Source: Kudoa neothunni
Lineage: Eukaryota > Animalia > Cnidaria
Direction of reading: 5' to 3'
NCBI GenBank assembly: GCA_964304625.1
Contig: OZ199839.1
Span: 11,884,479 to 11,948,478, forward strand
Length of the DNA: 64,000 nucleotides
The notes under the pieces were generated by a model. That model had not been told where the DNA came from. It searched no databases and worked only from the letters and a program-made list of their open reading frames with translations. The position numbers were made by a program, and so were the translations under genes. Shown in pieces: positions 38,510 through 52,579 of this stretch (its first letter is position 1; each line of letters begins with the position of its first letter).

Positions 38510-40060
38510 TCAATCCTAAGGCGAAAGTTCGCCGATAATGACGCAAGCGCAAATAGAAAAGTGTTTTTGTTAAGAAATACATTATTTTATATGAGAAAAC
38601 ACATATTTTCAGTAATACCAAAATAATTATTCCAAGTTCCAAGAATAAGTTTTAGATGTAGCCTCTAAATAATGTAGTCTGTAATATTTTGTATAATTTT
38701 GTTAGATTAATTTTAATTTTTTATGTTTTTCTAAATAATTAGTGTTTTTGTTGGAAGATTCTGAGTTATGCATTAAATATTTAATGTCTTGCTTTACAAG
38801 ACTTTGAATGTTTCCAGAAGAATTGTCAGACCTGAATGACATTGATCATATCGAGAATAAGAATGACGATGGAAAAGTTCTGCAGAGTTCGTTGTAAGAT
38901 CAATATTATTGATAATTCTCTCGAAATTGTTCCATGACTCAGGAGTATATTTAGATGTTTTTATAAAAATTGTTTCAAAATATTCTATAAATGGAGCAAC
39001 ATTAATGTTAGCGAGCTAGCTTGATTTATTTTTTAATTTAAGAAATTCGTCAGAAATACCAGAACTAGGTACAAACTATAACGAGATAAAACACTTAATA
39101 TATAACTTAAATCACTGTTGTGTAGACAAAATTCGGTGACACCTAGATTTTGTATTTTTCTCCAAATACATTGGCTAAAATGAAACATGCAAAAATAGAT
39201 ATTAGTATTTTGTGAAACATTCTTGAAAGCGCTAAAAGCTGATTGTTCTAGATTAATTATTACGTTCTGGGGGAAACATAGAGAGAAAACTTATTTTGTA
39301 AAATATTTAAAACTTCATATAGTGCTTGAGTTTTTCCAGCCATTAAGACAAATATTAAAGAGAAGAATTTTCTCATCATTCTGCCACGGATGATATACAA
39401 CTGAGAGAAAGCTTCAGGGACAATATTAAACATACCACATTTCAACCATAAATTTGTTTTATTCAGATGTAATATAATCTTATCAGTCGTAAAAATTAGT
39501 ATTCTATTGTCTTCTAAGGACCCAGAATCATGAAAGCAAGAAGTTTCGTTTCTTAGGTTAAGTAAGTTAGCGTTTGCCAAGTTGCTTTCAATATTAACAT
39601 CTATTTGTTTTCTTTTACGAATATTCTGAATATTTTTGTAAATGGTCCCTTCATTAAGGTTCGATAACTCATTCAGACTATTCTGAGTCGTGCAGGTGGA
39701 ATATATCTTATTTGTGGCGTATTGTGTATTCTCGGAAACGTTACGAATTTTGTTTTCAGACATGATTTTATTTATGTCCTCCTCCTCCTCTAACATAACA
39801 TGATTATGGATTCCACGTTCTTCAAGTTTATCAATCTTGTCAGCCCGAAAATTCTACAGGCGTTCTTTAAAACCTCCTTTATCGCATCTCCCTAATTGAT
39901 GGTCCTACATTTTTTATCCCTGACATAAAAATAATGGTTTAACAAGATTTTATCGCCTCCGCGTTTTGTTTGGAGCATGACGAATGAATTTTCTCTTTGT
40001 TGTATGTTGAAGGTTATGCATGCGCGTAAATTGGCGAAAGTTCGCCATATTATGTATCTA
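38510..40060 (-). mobile_element. Mutator-like (MULE) element with FLYWCH-type N-terminus, decayed
   Basis: QTKRGGDKILLNHYFY; NRILIFTT...LWLKCGMFNIVPEAFSQLYII...LIFVLM; CMFHFSQCIWRKIQ; subterminal inverted GGCGAA..TTCGCC motifs at ~38520 and ~40033; boundaries approximate. Confidence 0.82.
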
Positions 40061-40299
40061 TATTCTGTCTTAAAATATTAAATATGGAGGAAATATTAAA
40101 ACGAAAATGATAAAATGTGATAATGATGTTTCCCGATAGTGAAGTTCCTCCGTATAACGTGGCTTTTTGAGGTCCGTGATTGGGTTTAGTAAGGTTTCAG
40201 AATGACTCGAAAACAATTAATATTAGTTAAAATTTTACGAGATAATTAACTTTTTGAAATCTAGAGATGGTATAATCGATGCAAAAGTGCGAAACATTG

Positions 40300-40820
40300 A
40301 AAAAATTGAATATTTGCTAATTATTTTTTCTTAGATTTTCATATAAAGATGTATAGGTCATTCACGTTTGATGCCACACATGCAATTGAATAAAAAATTA
40401 GCCAATGATTATTTTTCTAACAAAAAAAATTGTTTTAGGTGATTTTTAAGGTTTAGATACTTAAATGTATGATTGAATTTACAAGGCAAGACATTTAGGA
40501 AATTAGTTCCTGATTAGGTCATTACGAAAAAAGCCATGCTTACCAGAGAAGAATTTGGGCCAAGCAATGTTTCCGCAAGCAGAGGCTGTCTTATTTGATT
40601 AAAAAAAGAAACAAAACCCAATACAATAAACTTCTAAGGGGAGACTGGGAGCATCGATACTTCAAGATTTAATGAGTGCACTCAAAAGATCTTTTTTGAT
40701 TTCAAAAAAGTATAAGGATGTAACAGTTTTTTTTATAACAAAACTTACCAAAGACTTTTAATTATAAAAGATGAAAAGAATGTTCGCGGAAAAAATAATT
40801 CAAAGCATCTATCTACTATA
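40300..40820 (+). pseudogene. pogo/Tigger transposase fragment (same family as 28894-29661)
   Basis: SASRGCL.. HTH; aligns with the reverse complement of 28900-29130. Confidence 0.6.
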
Positions 40821-40822
40821 TA

Positions 40823-42443
40823 CAGTAGGTAACCGATTTTCCGTAACTTTGCACGCGCGAAAAAATAAACAAATAAATCTATTTTAAAGAAATTAATTTC
40901 ATTTATACATTCATCTCCTTTTATTGAAATAATATGTTATTTTTATTTATATTTTTAAAGCCGTATGTCGTAATTTTATAATCTTAACTCATTATTTCAT
41001 CTAAATAATCAATTCCTCTATGTCGTATATTTATTCTGCTTTTTAAACATTTAAATACATCTTTTGAGGATATAAATTCTGCCACTCAAAATCTTCAGTT
41101 TCAGAATCCTCAGATTCAACAATCAAACGGGCAAGCTCGTCAAAATGTTTTGATGTAGGTATAATGACTTCCTCTTGAATAATCTCGGAATTTTTTATGG
41201 AGAATTCTTGATTGTTTAAATTAATGTTTAATGAACGCTCGTATTTATCGGCTGCAGGAAACTCATATTTTCTGAACCAGTTAAATACAATATCGTTTAA
41301 AACACCTTCCCATTATATATAAATTGTAATTAGGAACAATGTTATAAGCGAATCTTGGTAGGATGTATTTATCTCACTGCTAACTGCAGCAATATGGCTT
41401 TCTATTAAATTATTTTTGTAATTTTATTTGAATAAAAAAAGATTCCATGGACTATTAATTGCAAACCGTTAATTGAATTTATCGTAAGGAATATAGGAGA
41501 GATATTGGACAAATGAATTTCGGCGTGACAAGTGGCATTATTAGGAAGTAGTAAACTTTCTTGTACTTTGTTTTGAATACATTGTCAAAATTAGAAAGAT
41601 ATTTGCTAGATGTTTTCCTAGTCATCCATTCTTTCCTGTTTGATTTGTATTTTACTAGAAATGTTTTATTTAGTATTTTTAAAACAACATGGTTTTTGTG
41701 ATATCCGATCACAAGAGATTCAATGCAACCTGCAACCTCCAGGCGTAGATGCTCGTCGCAAAACAATAATTATTTTTTAGATTTTTTTCTCTCGACAAAA
41801 CATAGCATTAAAAATAATGGGCTTCTTTGTTTCTACTAAGATAATGCAGTTTCGTCATGGTTATATATACAGCCATCGTTGTTACCTTTGACTTAGTCAT
41901 TCAATTTAGGTTACCAATTTTCTACAAAACTTTAATCAACATAAACAGCATTACCATGGGCAGAGATATTTTTAAATTAAATCTTGATTTAAAATCAAGA
42001 AGTCAATCATGGGTCACTACTACGCTTAGGTTCAATTCTTTTGTCAATTGGTTTCTTTCATGTATGATATCATGATCAGATAGTTCAATTTTTTTATCTC
42101 AAATAATTCATACAGTCATATACTATAGTATCGATGTCGATATTTGAACATTGTTTAAAATTATTTCTCTCTGAAGAAGGCAAGCCAGTTTATAAGAAAA
42201 AACTATATCTTCTTCCTAATCAAGATGATATCTAGATTAGAAATAGAAGGGAACTTAAATTTACGAAAAGTAGTATTTTTGCACTCCTGTTTAGTATACT
42301 TTAAATAAAATCAATAAATTAATATTTGAGTTTTATTATTCCCACATTTTTAACTTTTTCAGACATTTCAAATGTAAAAAAAGGCACACCACTTATTAAA
42401 TCCGCCTAGAGCTGAAAAGTTACGGAAAATCGGTTACCTACTG
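40823..42443 (-). mobile_element. pogo/Tigger element with perfect TIRs, transposase decayed
   Basis: TA TSD; perfect 28-bp TIR CAGTAGGTAACCGATTTTCCGTAACTTT; HDETAL and YKSNRKEWMT fragments. Confidence 0.9.
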
Positions 42444-43115
42444 TATTAATTGTTACTCCTTTTTTAGCAATTTTATAAAGGATGTTAATGAAGTTTTCGT
42501 AATCTGTGAGTGGTAACTTACTTATTCACTATTTTAACATAATTTCCCCATATTGAAATAAATGAAACCTTTCTTTTTAACAAAAATACTTACTGGTTCA
42601 AAAATATACAAATTTAATTAACAACATACGATTAAATCTAAAACTAAAATGTAAAGGTGTTTGGGGTTGAAAAATTACAGTAATGCTTAAATAATTAAAT
42701 ATCAACTGGTTTTCTTGAAGTAATGCACCCTTTTAAAAATTAACGTATTGTTTGATTGCCCTAAAAAACTTCTTTTTATTTAACTATTCTTAGATTAACG
42801 AAAACGTTGTGAAAATATCGGTTAGATGGAATAGACCAATAATTTCTCATTAACTTACAACATAACACGTATCGAGAGGGGACTGTATTTTGGGCAAAAG
42901 TAATCGTAAATATAAATTCTTAAACTACGTGTAGAATGTGTTTTCACATCTTTTCATGCAGCTTTTATATCATAATGAATTAGTTTTACCGAAAAGAAAA
43001 TTATATTTTGATTGGAATATTAACCTTAAACTCTGGGGTAATTAATAATTAGGTTACTAAGAACTTAAACATTATTTAAAAATTATCTCATCAAATATCG
43101 AAATTTATCGAATTA

Positions 43116-45390
43116 CAGTGGGTGACGGGCGGTTCGTAATTTCAAAGGTCGCGCGCGTAACGTTGGGAGGGATAAATATTATAAATCAACTATAATGATA
43201 AATTATTTTGAAGGAAATTACTCAATCATAATGATATTTTTAAGTTTTCTGACAATTATATCGTATACCTCTCGTTCAATATCTGTTTTATGTTTATAAT
43301 TATTTAAACCCTTGTTTCAAGTAACGTTTTAAATCAGAAAAATAAGAGAGATGCCGGTAATGGGGGAGTATACGCCTCATCAACTTTAGCCTTTTCCGCA
43401 TGCTTGACATTCCCCATTTTATTCCAAACTTGATTTATATTATTTTTAAATATTGAATTAATAGAAAGAACTCAAAAATCAGTATCTTAAAAAATATGAC
43501 AACATCTGCCCTTCGGGTTAAATAGGCAGGCGCGTACGCTTGTGCGCATTTGAGTTTTCCGTTGTTTTCAATTCCCTTTGATCATTAAAACAACTTGTAC
43601 ACAATTTTTTTCTTTTTATTATTTTTTAAGCAATGTAAAAATCCTATTATTGTTATGTTGTATATACTTAGAAGGTTATAGGGAAAAAATGCAATTTGTA
43701 TATGTTAGATTTCAATTCCTATAATAAAAAATTTACTATGAAATATCAAGAAATTAGTTTTACTTTATATATTTTTTTACATCTTGATAATGATTTGTTG
43801 ACGAAATGATCATGAAATTACAATAGCATGTGATTATATGTTTCTTTTATTGTTATTTTTGTTGGAATTGTATGTTAGAAATTATTTTTTATAAATTATA
43901 AATATCTAATAATTACATTTTTTTTATTTTCGAGATAAAAGACACCTTTAGTTATCGATTGTATTAATATGTCTACAAAATACATTATTGCTCATATCAC
44001 TTTAATATTATTACGTAACATAAAATTGTATGAGAGAATGTGTTATTTTATTTTTAATTCATAAATTTCAAATATGTTTGACAATAAATTAATTCTACCA
44101 GATGGAAAAAATGAATAAATATTAAAAACATAATCAAAACGGTTCATTGTACAGTTGTTGCATAGATTTAATATGATGTGGCAATATTAACTTTGGAAAC
44201 ATTTATACGACTAAAATTACCTTCCAATATATATTATTGTAAATATTAATTTTGACTTCGTGATGTAATTACTTTTTCCAAGCTCAACAAAATTATTCAC
44301 GCTTATTTATTTATACCAAATGAACAGTTTACTTAAACAATACACTCCCCTAATTTGATATTTGCTTATTAATCAGTTTTAACGCGTAAAAAATATTTTC
44401 CGAAAATCGATTTACTTAGGCTGAGCTGAGAAAACATCATATCTCTCAAAATATTTTATTCGATTGGTCAAATTGTATGGTCTACTGAAATGGCTGCATG
44501 GGGATAGGAGTTCCATATATAATATATCATAGCATTATATGTATTGCTAATAAATATAACGTCGAAAGTAACCTACAGGCGATGAAACAATGATAAATCC
44601 AAAAAATTAAAATAATCAACAGGGTCAATTTTAATTGTATTTGCTAACTTAGAATATTGCCATTACTGTCTATTTTAAACGAAACAAGTTGTATAAAAGT
44701 TGTTTTAGTGATCAAAGGGAGTTGAAAACAACGGAAAACTCAAATGCGCACAAGCGTACGCGCCTGCCTATTTAACCCGAAGGGCAGATGTTGTCATATT
44801 TTTTAAGATACTGATTTTTGAGTTCTTTCTATTAATTCAATATTTAAAAATAATATAAATCAAGTTTGGAATAAAATGGGGAATGTCAAGCATGCGGAAA
44901 AGGCTAAAGTTGATGAGGCGTATACTCCCTCATTACCGAGATGCCATTTTGAATGGAATAATTTTTTGGTCCCTATCTCCGGATTTACGAAACTCGTCAT
45001 CCCTGTGACAGTTATCGTCATTTATAAAATCGCTAATGTTGGCGTCGTTTTCATTATTGTTCCGCTCCATACTTTCGCCAGTTATTGAAAAATTTTATTA
45101 TTTCATATATCTCTTTTAATGTCCTAACTCAATTTTTATTTCTGTCCGCCAATTCGCCGCTACTCGAAAACGAAAATCTCAACGCACCTGCAAAGTCACG
45201 AACCACGCGTCACTACAAAATAATCCATAAAAAACCTAATTAATTAATTAATTTAAAAATGTTTTATTTGTATTCTTGACAGTAAAATAAATTTTTTTAA
45301 ATAGCTGAGAAATAAATAACATATTATAATCTTATATGTACGTTAATCCTGTAACATTTTCTCAAATTAGGAACTACACGTCACCCACTG
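43116..45390. mobile_element. Tc1/mariner-type non-autonomous element (host of the nested Merlin MITE)
   Basis: TA|CAGTGGGTGACG...CGTCACCCACTG|TA; 27-bp TIR with 4 mismatches. Confidence 0.75.
43356..44937. mobile_element. Non-autonomous Merlin-type element with ~240-bp TIRs
   Basis: Perfect 8-bp TSD GAGATGCC (43348-43355, 44938-44945); TIR GGTAATG(G/A)GGGAGT shared with 26187-28893; AT-rich non-coding interior. Confidence 0.92.
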
Positions 45391-47430
45391 TATTCGTTAG
45401 AGTCCGCCATGGCAGTTTCATATTAACGCCTAATGTTTGAGTATATTTCACATCTATATCATGTAATAAATATCTTAATTATTATAAGCGGAAAAAATAG
45501 AATATTTAATGAGAATAAGATTCGCAAACACTCAGAATGAATTTTGCGACAGTTTCGCACATCTGAAGCAAGCAATAGCGGGTTTCTTATCAATTTTCCG
45601 TAAAAACATTCAAACCTTGAAAATATTGTTCATTTATTTGAAGTTATGAGCTATAGCAGAATAGATAAGGTCGAACTCTTAGGATTTTGGGCTTCAGGGA
45701 TGTTTCTTTCCATTAATGGAAAGCTATAGTAACTTTGCCATATTTTAAAAAGCTTTCTCGTAACCATATCATCTCAAAAGTTTTTTTTTAAATTGACGCG
45801 CATTTATATATAATAAATCCAATAGATAGAAAAATAACAGCATAAGCCATCATTATTGATTGTGGATTGACTCGAATTCTCAGTTTTCAATCTCGTCAGA
45901 TTCTTAAAACATAACAGTTGTAAAGTATTCATAATCATTTGAATTACTATGGGTGAAATCCATCTCAATTATCGTTACGATAAAATTAAAAGCGCGAGTC
46001 ACGTGATAGTCACTAGAAGTAATAACCGCATAACTTCAAATTTATCCTTCAAATAAACCTAAAACTTGATTTATGTAATAATCATTATTTTATCTTTCAA
46101 TTAGTATGAGAAAAATCTGGGATAATTTTTTACTCCAAAAGTTTATTGGAGGGTAATCTAGTTTTTATTCCTCTGATTTTATATTTTTAGTCATAATATT
46201 TTAAAATTGTGTATTATTCACCTCTTTAGAAAATTAGAAAAAAATTCGTATCCTATGAAGAGCAAACAAATCACGTATACAACCAATAACTTTTTGTTGG
46301 GGTAAAAATTTACCTCAACTTCATTAGAGGGTTAAAATAAATACCTCCACGACAGATGCGTACTGTTGAAAACACACACGAAATGATATAAGAACTTTAT
46401 ATAAACAGATTTATAAATTGACCATTTTTCTATGATAGAGCCGAAAAGTTTAGTTTACGAATATAGTATTTAGCCATTTTGAAGTCATGAGCAACTAGGA
46501 TTATTTTTTTTTGTTTAACAACAAAATTTATTAGGATTATACAATTAATCTTTGATTCCATCTTGATTTATCGCAAAAATTTAAAAAGCTTTGGCGCTCT
46601 CTTGCATGAAATTTCAGTTATTTTAAATGTTCCTGCTTTTTTTACGTTAACCACCTAACGTTAACGGAAGAAAAATAAAATCGAAATATAATTTATTAAT
46701 TCAAGGTACTCTCATGCATAAAAATGATCGTAATTGAATTTCAGAATAAAGTTTCTGATGATTACGTATGTATTATAGTGAGTGTGACATTCCTGTATTT
46801 ATATAATTTCCATATCATAAACTAAAAAAATTATGAATATTTGGTAAGAAATCGATAATTAAATTTTAAATTATCTACTAGATAAAGCAAACCGGAAATC
46901 CGTGTGTGAACGTCAGTTAAATTATTTATAGAGAGACATAACACTCACTTTGAGCACACATATCTAAAGATGAAATTTTATTTTAACACAGAAAAATATA
47001 TAAAAAATTTGCACCCTATGAAATGACTATAAAACAATGTCACGTGGTATGGTTTGAAGATTTATGCAAACATAAAGAAGGTCATTTTGTTAATAGTTTT
47101 TAAACGTTAATTTTGTATGTACTATAGTGTTTATTTTGCTTTAAAATTATTGAAAAATAATTTAGTAATTGAATTGTTTTAAACAAGGTAGATAATTTTA
47201 GGTTACGTAGCCAAACATTAATATGAAATTCCTTTGTTGATGTCTAACCAGATTGGATATTTTCATATGGTATGATATAGAGATTTCTGTGGAAAACACG
47301 GAGAAATCGATTTTTTAGGAGATCTAGAGAGGAAATTTTAAATGCTCAGTAGTGTTTATTCATTTTTAAAAATATTAAATAAGTTTCATGCATCTAATTA
47401 TTTAAGGTAAGTTAATTAGAATAAAATTTA

Positions 47431-48732
47431 GGGCTAACTACAGTAACTGTATACGAACATAATAATGGCACCGACATACAATCGGAACAAAGTCGTTTCC
47501 TACAATGTGTCCTACTGATTGATTTCTCTTAAAAAAATTTTCAATATTTTTTATATCAAAAAAAATAACATTAAAGAACTAAAATTCAGATCAAAAAATA
47601 ATTTTAAAACCCTAAGCCGAGCATATTCAGATTCTCGTGTAATTTCCATTTTATTTAGAAAAAGTTTAAAATTACTTTACTTTTTGTGTTAAACACAGAT
47701 ATTTACATTAATTAATCCAAAATTTGTTTATAATGAATAACAGAGATCTATCAGCTAACTCGTTGGTTACCGCGGTTTATATATTAATGCGTTACAAAAT
47801 TAAAATAAATTAAAGTAACCTCATGTGATATTTATGTTTACTCTCTTTAAACGCACATTTTGTGAACGTACTTTGTAAAATGTAACAATTAACGTTCGAG
47901 CAACCTAAATAGATCATATATTCACATATCAAAGTTTACTATAAATACATGGCGTAATGTTACACTATATAACAAAAAACTAATAAACAAATGTTTGTGT
48001 TTAGATTTTACACCATGTTTATATTAGTTAAATAAATAATAAAAAAATGCTTTCAACATTTATACAACTATTGTTGATTTAAAAGCATAAAAATCGTGTA
48101 TTTTGATATGTGATGATTTTTATATTTAAAGTTTATTTTAATTGAAAAGTAATACTCGAATATTTTCCTACGAGTTACCTAATGTATATAAATAAAAAGA
48201 TAACTTAATAAAAATAATTAGAAATTCTTGTCTAAAAATTTTTTTATCCAGAATAAACTACCCACAAAAATTTATGAACTAATAATCACATTATAAAACG
48301 TTATTGTTAAATTTAGAAACCTTCGTTTTGATTGTGAATAGAATAAATGAGAAAGTTCTGTTTTTAAAATATGAAGTCACATGATTGTATATTTACACAC
48401 TTATTATTAACAAAAACGAATAAAAAAATTATGAAACAATGAATGAATTTAAATTTTTTAAAGTTATAGAAAAATAAGAAATTTTTGAAATATTTATCAA
48501 CACCATAGAGATTTCACCTGAATCCGAATATGCTCGACGTAAAGTATATTTCCAGTTTGCGAGATTATTTTTGTTTGTATAAAATTTTCTAAGTTCCTCT
48601 TTTTTATGATTAAAACAAACAAGAAAAATTTTCAAAAACGAAGCGAATTAATAGGATGAATTGTAGGAAGCAACATTTCTAATTGTTTATGCGATACCGC
48701 CCCAAATTGGCACACATATTGTAGCTTAGTCC
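47431..48732. mobile_element. Old long-TIR non-autonomous element (superfamily uncertain; Harbinger- or Tc1-like ends)
   Basis: 47431-47650 is a diverged inverted copy of 48500-48732; a third copy of the arm lies at ~58650-58900. Confidence 0.6.
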
Positions 48733-49628
48733 AATTTTGTGTAAAACCTTAATAGAGAGTTTATCGGTTGATATTTGCAAGATTAGTCTTAATTAGAAAT
48801 TTAATAGACCACATGTGGATATTTGGTTAAATTCAAGCTGAAATGATTTAAACCTTTACGCCTTTTACACTGTAGTAAAAAATAAATTTTTATCATTAAA
48901 ACGTATCTAACCATTTTAATGACATTTGAAATGAAAACGATTGATACTTATCCCATTTTTCCTTTTTTATCCAATATTTATTAGTTTTTACTTTTCTGCA
49001 TAATATCAAGGTCATATTCAAAATATGCCATAACAAAATGCACGAGATTACATGATGTTATATTTAGATGAGTACTATTATTCTTTTGTCGGGACGGTAA
49101 TTCAACCTATTTTTTCGGGTATCTAGAAACTTAAAATATATTTTTCGTAGCGCCGTTAATGACCAATCATATTTTTCACTAACTCATTCTTTTTTCTTAT
49201 AGAAAAAATTACGTGAACAAATTTAACGGACGCATGTGATGATTAATTAAATTAATTAATCCGATTATTTTATTTAGATATTCTGATTAAACATTGAAAT
49301 AATAAAAATACGCCGCATAATACACACCAATGTATTAATATCATGAAACAGCTTTTAATTTAAATTGTTGAAAAGAATTTATTGGAGACATTAGCTTCAG
49401 AATTCATAGTTGAACAAAACATTATGAATTTACACGTGGATAATCTAATTTTTAATTAATCTGATTTGTGCGCTATCAAAATGACTTTACTAAATTATAT
49501 CCCTATTCATGTTGTGATATTTTACTGAATAAAAGGAACCATTCCTCTCTGTGTTTTATTTCCTTCATATTTTAATAAAATGTTACAAATTACAAAAAAA
49601 ATTTGTTACGTAAAAACATTGGGCAAGG

Positions 49629-49658
49629 ACCCTGAGCGTGAGCCAGGGTTTGTGCTAG
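49629..49658 (+). mobile_element. Helitron 3' terminus (5' end not identified)
   Basis: Hairpin ACCCTG-AGCGTGAGC-CAGGGT followed by CTAG|T. Confidence 0.55.
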
Positions 49659-49708
49659 TTATCAATAATTTCACTCATAGAAATGTTTATTAGTTCTTTA
49701 TAAAAAAA

Positions 49709-50710
49709 CTAGCGCCAAAACCCCGGCTTTTTCCGGGTGTGGGCTAATTTTACTTTTAAACAAATCTTGAAAAATTAAAAAAATATTAATCCCATTATAA
49801 TCCCCTCTGCTGAACGGAATAAACTCAAAACTTGCTTATAATATCGTTTCGACAATAATGTTAAGTAAAAGGATTTGTTGTATAGAATTACCCGGCTTTT
49901 CCCATAATGAGATTATTTAGTTACAAAAATACAAATAGATTTTATCATTTAACAGACCTGTCGATCAAAGTATTCAACGGAAAGTATAATCACGGTATTG
50001 TTCTTTCAGAGTCAGTGTTAATCAGACTAAACGGTAATATCCCGTTATTCTTCATTTTCTCCTTGAGTGGACTTTATCTTAGTTAGAAATCAAAATTACT
50101 TTCAACTCGTGTGCCATTTTAATCACATTAACCAACCCGTCGATGAACCCATTACTCAAAAAACTTTATATAGGTGCGTGCACGATATAAAATTTTTAGA
50201 TTGAATTTAAATTCGTATAAAAAATAATGAACGCTTTTATCTCAAATAAAACATGTAAAGTAAATAATATTTCCTTGTGAATTAATCTCCTGTCCGAATC
50301 ATGCGTGATTGTTGACCCGGCTTACGCAAGCAAAAACGTTAGAGAACGTCTTGACCATGTTCGAATAGTAATAAACATAATATTACAACTTGATATTTGA
50401 AGCGGCAGCGGGGAATACAAGTTTTCTATGTCTATCACTAAATTTATTAGTAAATCGCGTGCAGTGTTAATCTTATTATCATCGGTTATAATCTGTTTAC
50501 AACAAGTTTACTCTACGAATTCACTACTTTGTATGCATGCAGAACGCTCCGTTATATTTTTGTAGTTAGGTTCGTATTTTTAATGTATAATAAATAACTC
50601 AAATATCCTAAAAAGTCTATGTATAAGGAGATGATTTGTGCACACACACTGACAGACAGACAGACAGATAGATAGACGGACGGACACTTCGGCTTTGTGT
50701 AAAGGATAGA
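49709..50710 (-). mobile_element. Non-autonomous Helitron, family B
   Basis: Minus strand: A|TC start, (TCTG/TCTA/TCCG)n microsatellite near the 5' end, 3' hairpin CCCGG..CCGGG then CTAG|T. Confidence 0.8.
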
Positions 50711-51436
50711 TAGTCAAAAATCTTCACTGTGTTAGAATTCTTCAATAGATTTATTTATTTATTTTGAATAGGTACAAAATCATCTTATATACAGTATACA
50801 TAGAATAACCCATTTAAAATTACGCGTCCTATACGCAATTTTCGAAATATATTAATTTTCACATTGAACAGGTAAAAAATTTAAGTAAATACATTTATTT
50901 ATAATGATGCTGATCTGTTGACAAAAGTTTCAATTGTTCGATCATTAATATATTCAAATATAAGTAGATTATGGCGGTTATAATATTTTGTGAACTATTA
51001 TGTTTACGACCATGTATACAATCGTATAATGCTGGATTATTAGAATAATTTCAATAATAATAAGTTGTCTCAAAATTGAATATTTTAAATATAATGTAAA
51101 AAAATTTTAACTTATACAGAAATATAAAATAATAAACGTTTTGTCTTTTAGTACATAATATTAATACAGAATTAGCGAAAGGACTTTCACATCTATACCA
51201 TGAAGATTACTATAATCTTACGATAAAATATATTAAGAATAAATATTAGAAACTGTCTATCGTGATTTGTCATTCATTGGAATAACAGTCTTCTATAATT
51301 CAAGAAACAAGTAAATTATAACGTGTTAACTTGTTTTTGCTATGAATATTATTTTCAAACCTAAAATTATATTACGGTTTTCTTATATATTTATTGTTCG
51401 ACTCAAAATATATATTGAAAAAATATGATAATATTA

Positions 51437-52332
51437 TCCTTTATATATATAAAAGAGGACTGTCGGTATGTTTGTTTGTGTGTGTGTATGCCCCTAAGTA
51501 CGCATGTGCGGATAATTTTTTCCTTATAGAGAACCATATAGAAAATTTTTATAAATTTGTGATATTTAAAAAAATCGTTTAATTGTTTTCGGATTAAATG
51601 AGTTCAACGATAGGATTAGCACTTGCTTATTTCATGGTTATGGTCGGTTGGAGTTAACTATCTTCTTTATATGCTCCATCATATGTTCATTAACTGCTTC
51701 TATCTATCTTTATGTATAAAGTTGGCGTCTCCATTTGTGTGTCTGTGTAAATACACTCCTTATTTGTGGAGTTTTAACGTATATGACTTGATAAGTATAT
51801 TTTATAAGTTCTATTAATGGTTTTAAATGTGGTAAAAAATCTATATGTTTCATAAATAACGAATTCGTGGAGAACGTTAAAGTTACGTTGATTGAAGCGT
51901 TATAATGGAAATACTGCGTTCATAGGTTTCATTAAATTGCCCGCTAAGTTTTACTTTATGTGATTAAATTCAATGCGGATGGTTGTACTTTTATTTCACC
52001 AAATTATTTAAATTGTTTATGATAAAAGCGCATGTATGTTTATGCCGAGTTAAACAATGCTAATTTTAACAATATCGATTAATTTTCATAAGTTTTCTTC
52101 TATCTCTTTTATTTTTTCTATTTTTAAATGGACGCCGGGATTGATACTTTCCTTCACAGAAATTATAATAATTTAAATTACATAATCCAAATCGTTATAG
52201 TAAGTTGATTAAAAATTTTTAGTTATTTTGTTTCTATGGGTTAATTCGAGATTTCAATACATTTTTTGAATGCTATTAAAAAATGCCTCTAGGTGAAATC
52301 TTCCCCAAGCAACGCTGGGCAGTTCCAGCTAG
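51437..52332 (+). mobile_element. Non-autonomous Helitron, family A copy 2
   Basis: A|TCCTTTATATATATAAAA ... CCCAAGCAACGCTGGG hairpin ... CTAG|T; no TSD. Confidence 0.85.
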
Positions 52333-52504
52333 TTCCGGATAAAAGTATCACTCATCACCGTATGACATATACAATATAGCATATATAGCAATGCAATATT
52401 TCTAGATTAATTATTAATAAATTTATCTTTTAAACCTTCAGTTATACATTTAGTTATTATAAAAATCTGTGTTATATCTGAATATATGCCCCCATGCATA
52501 TTAA

Positions 52505-52579
52505 CCTTCGGAGTGTTTTTGGGGTCTATTAGATCCCAAAAGCATTAAATGTATTGTTGATTTGGAAACGCTCGGAAGG
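52505..52579. mobile_element. 75-bp piggyBac-type MITE
   Basis: TTAA|CCTTCGGAGTGTTT ... AAACGCTCGGAAGG|CTAA (12/14 TIR match). Confidence 0.65.
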
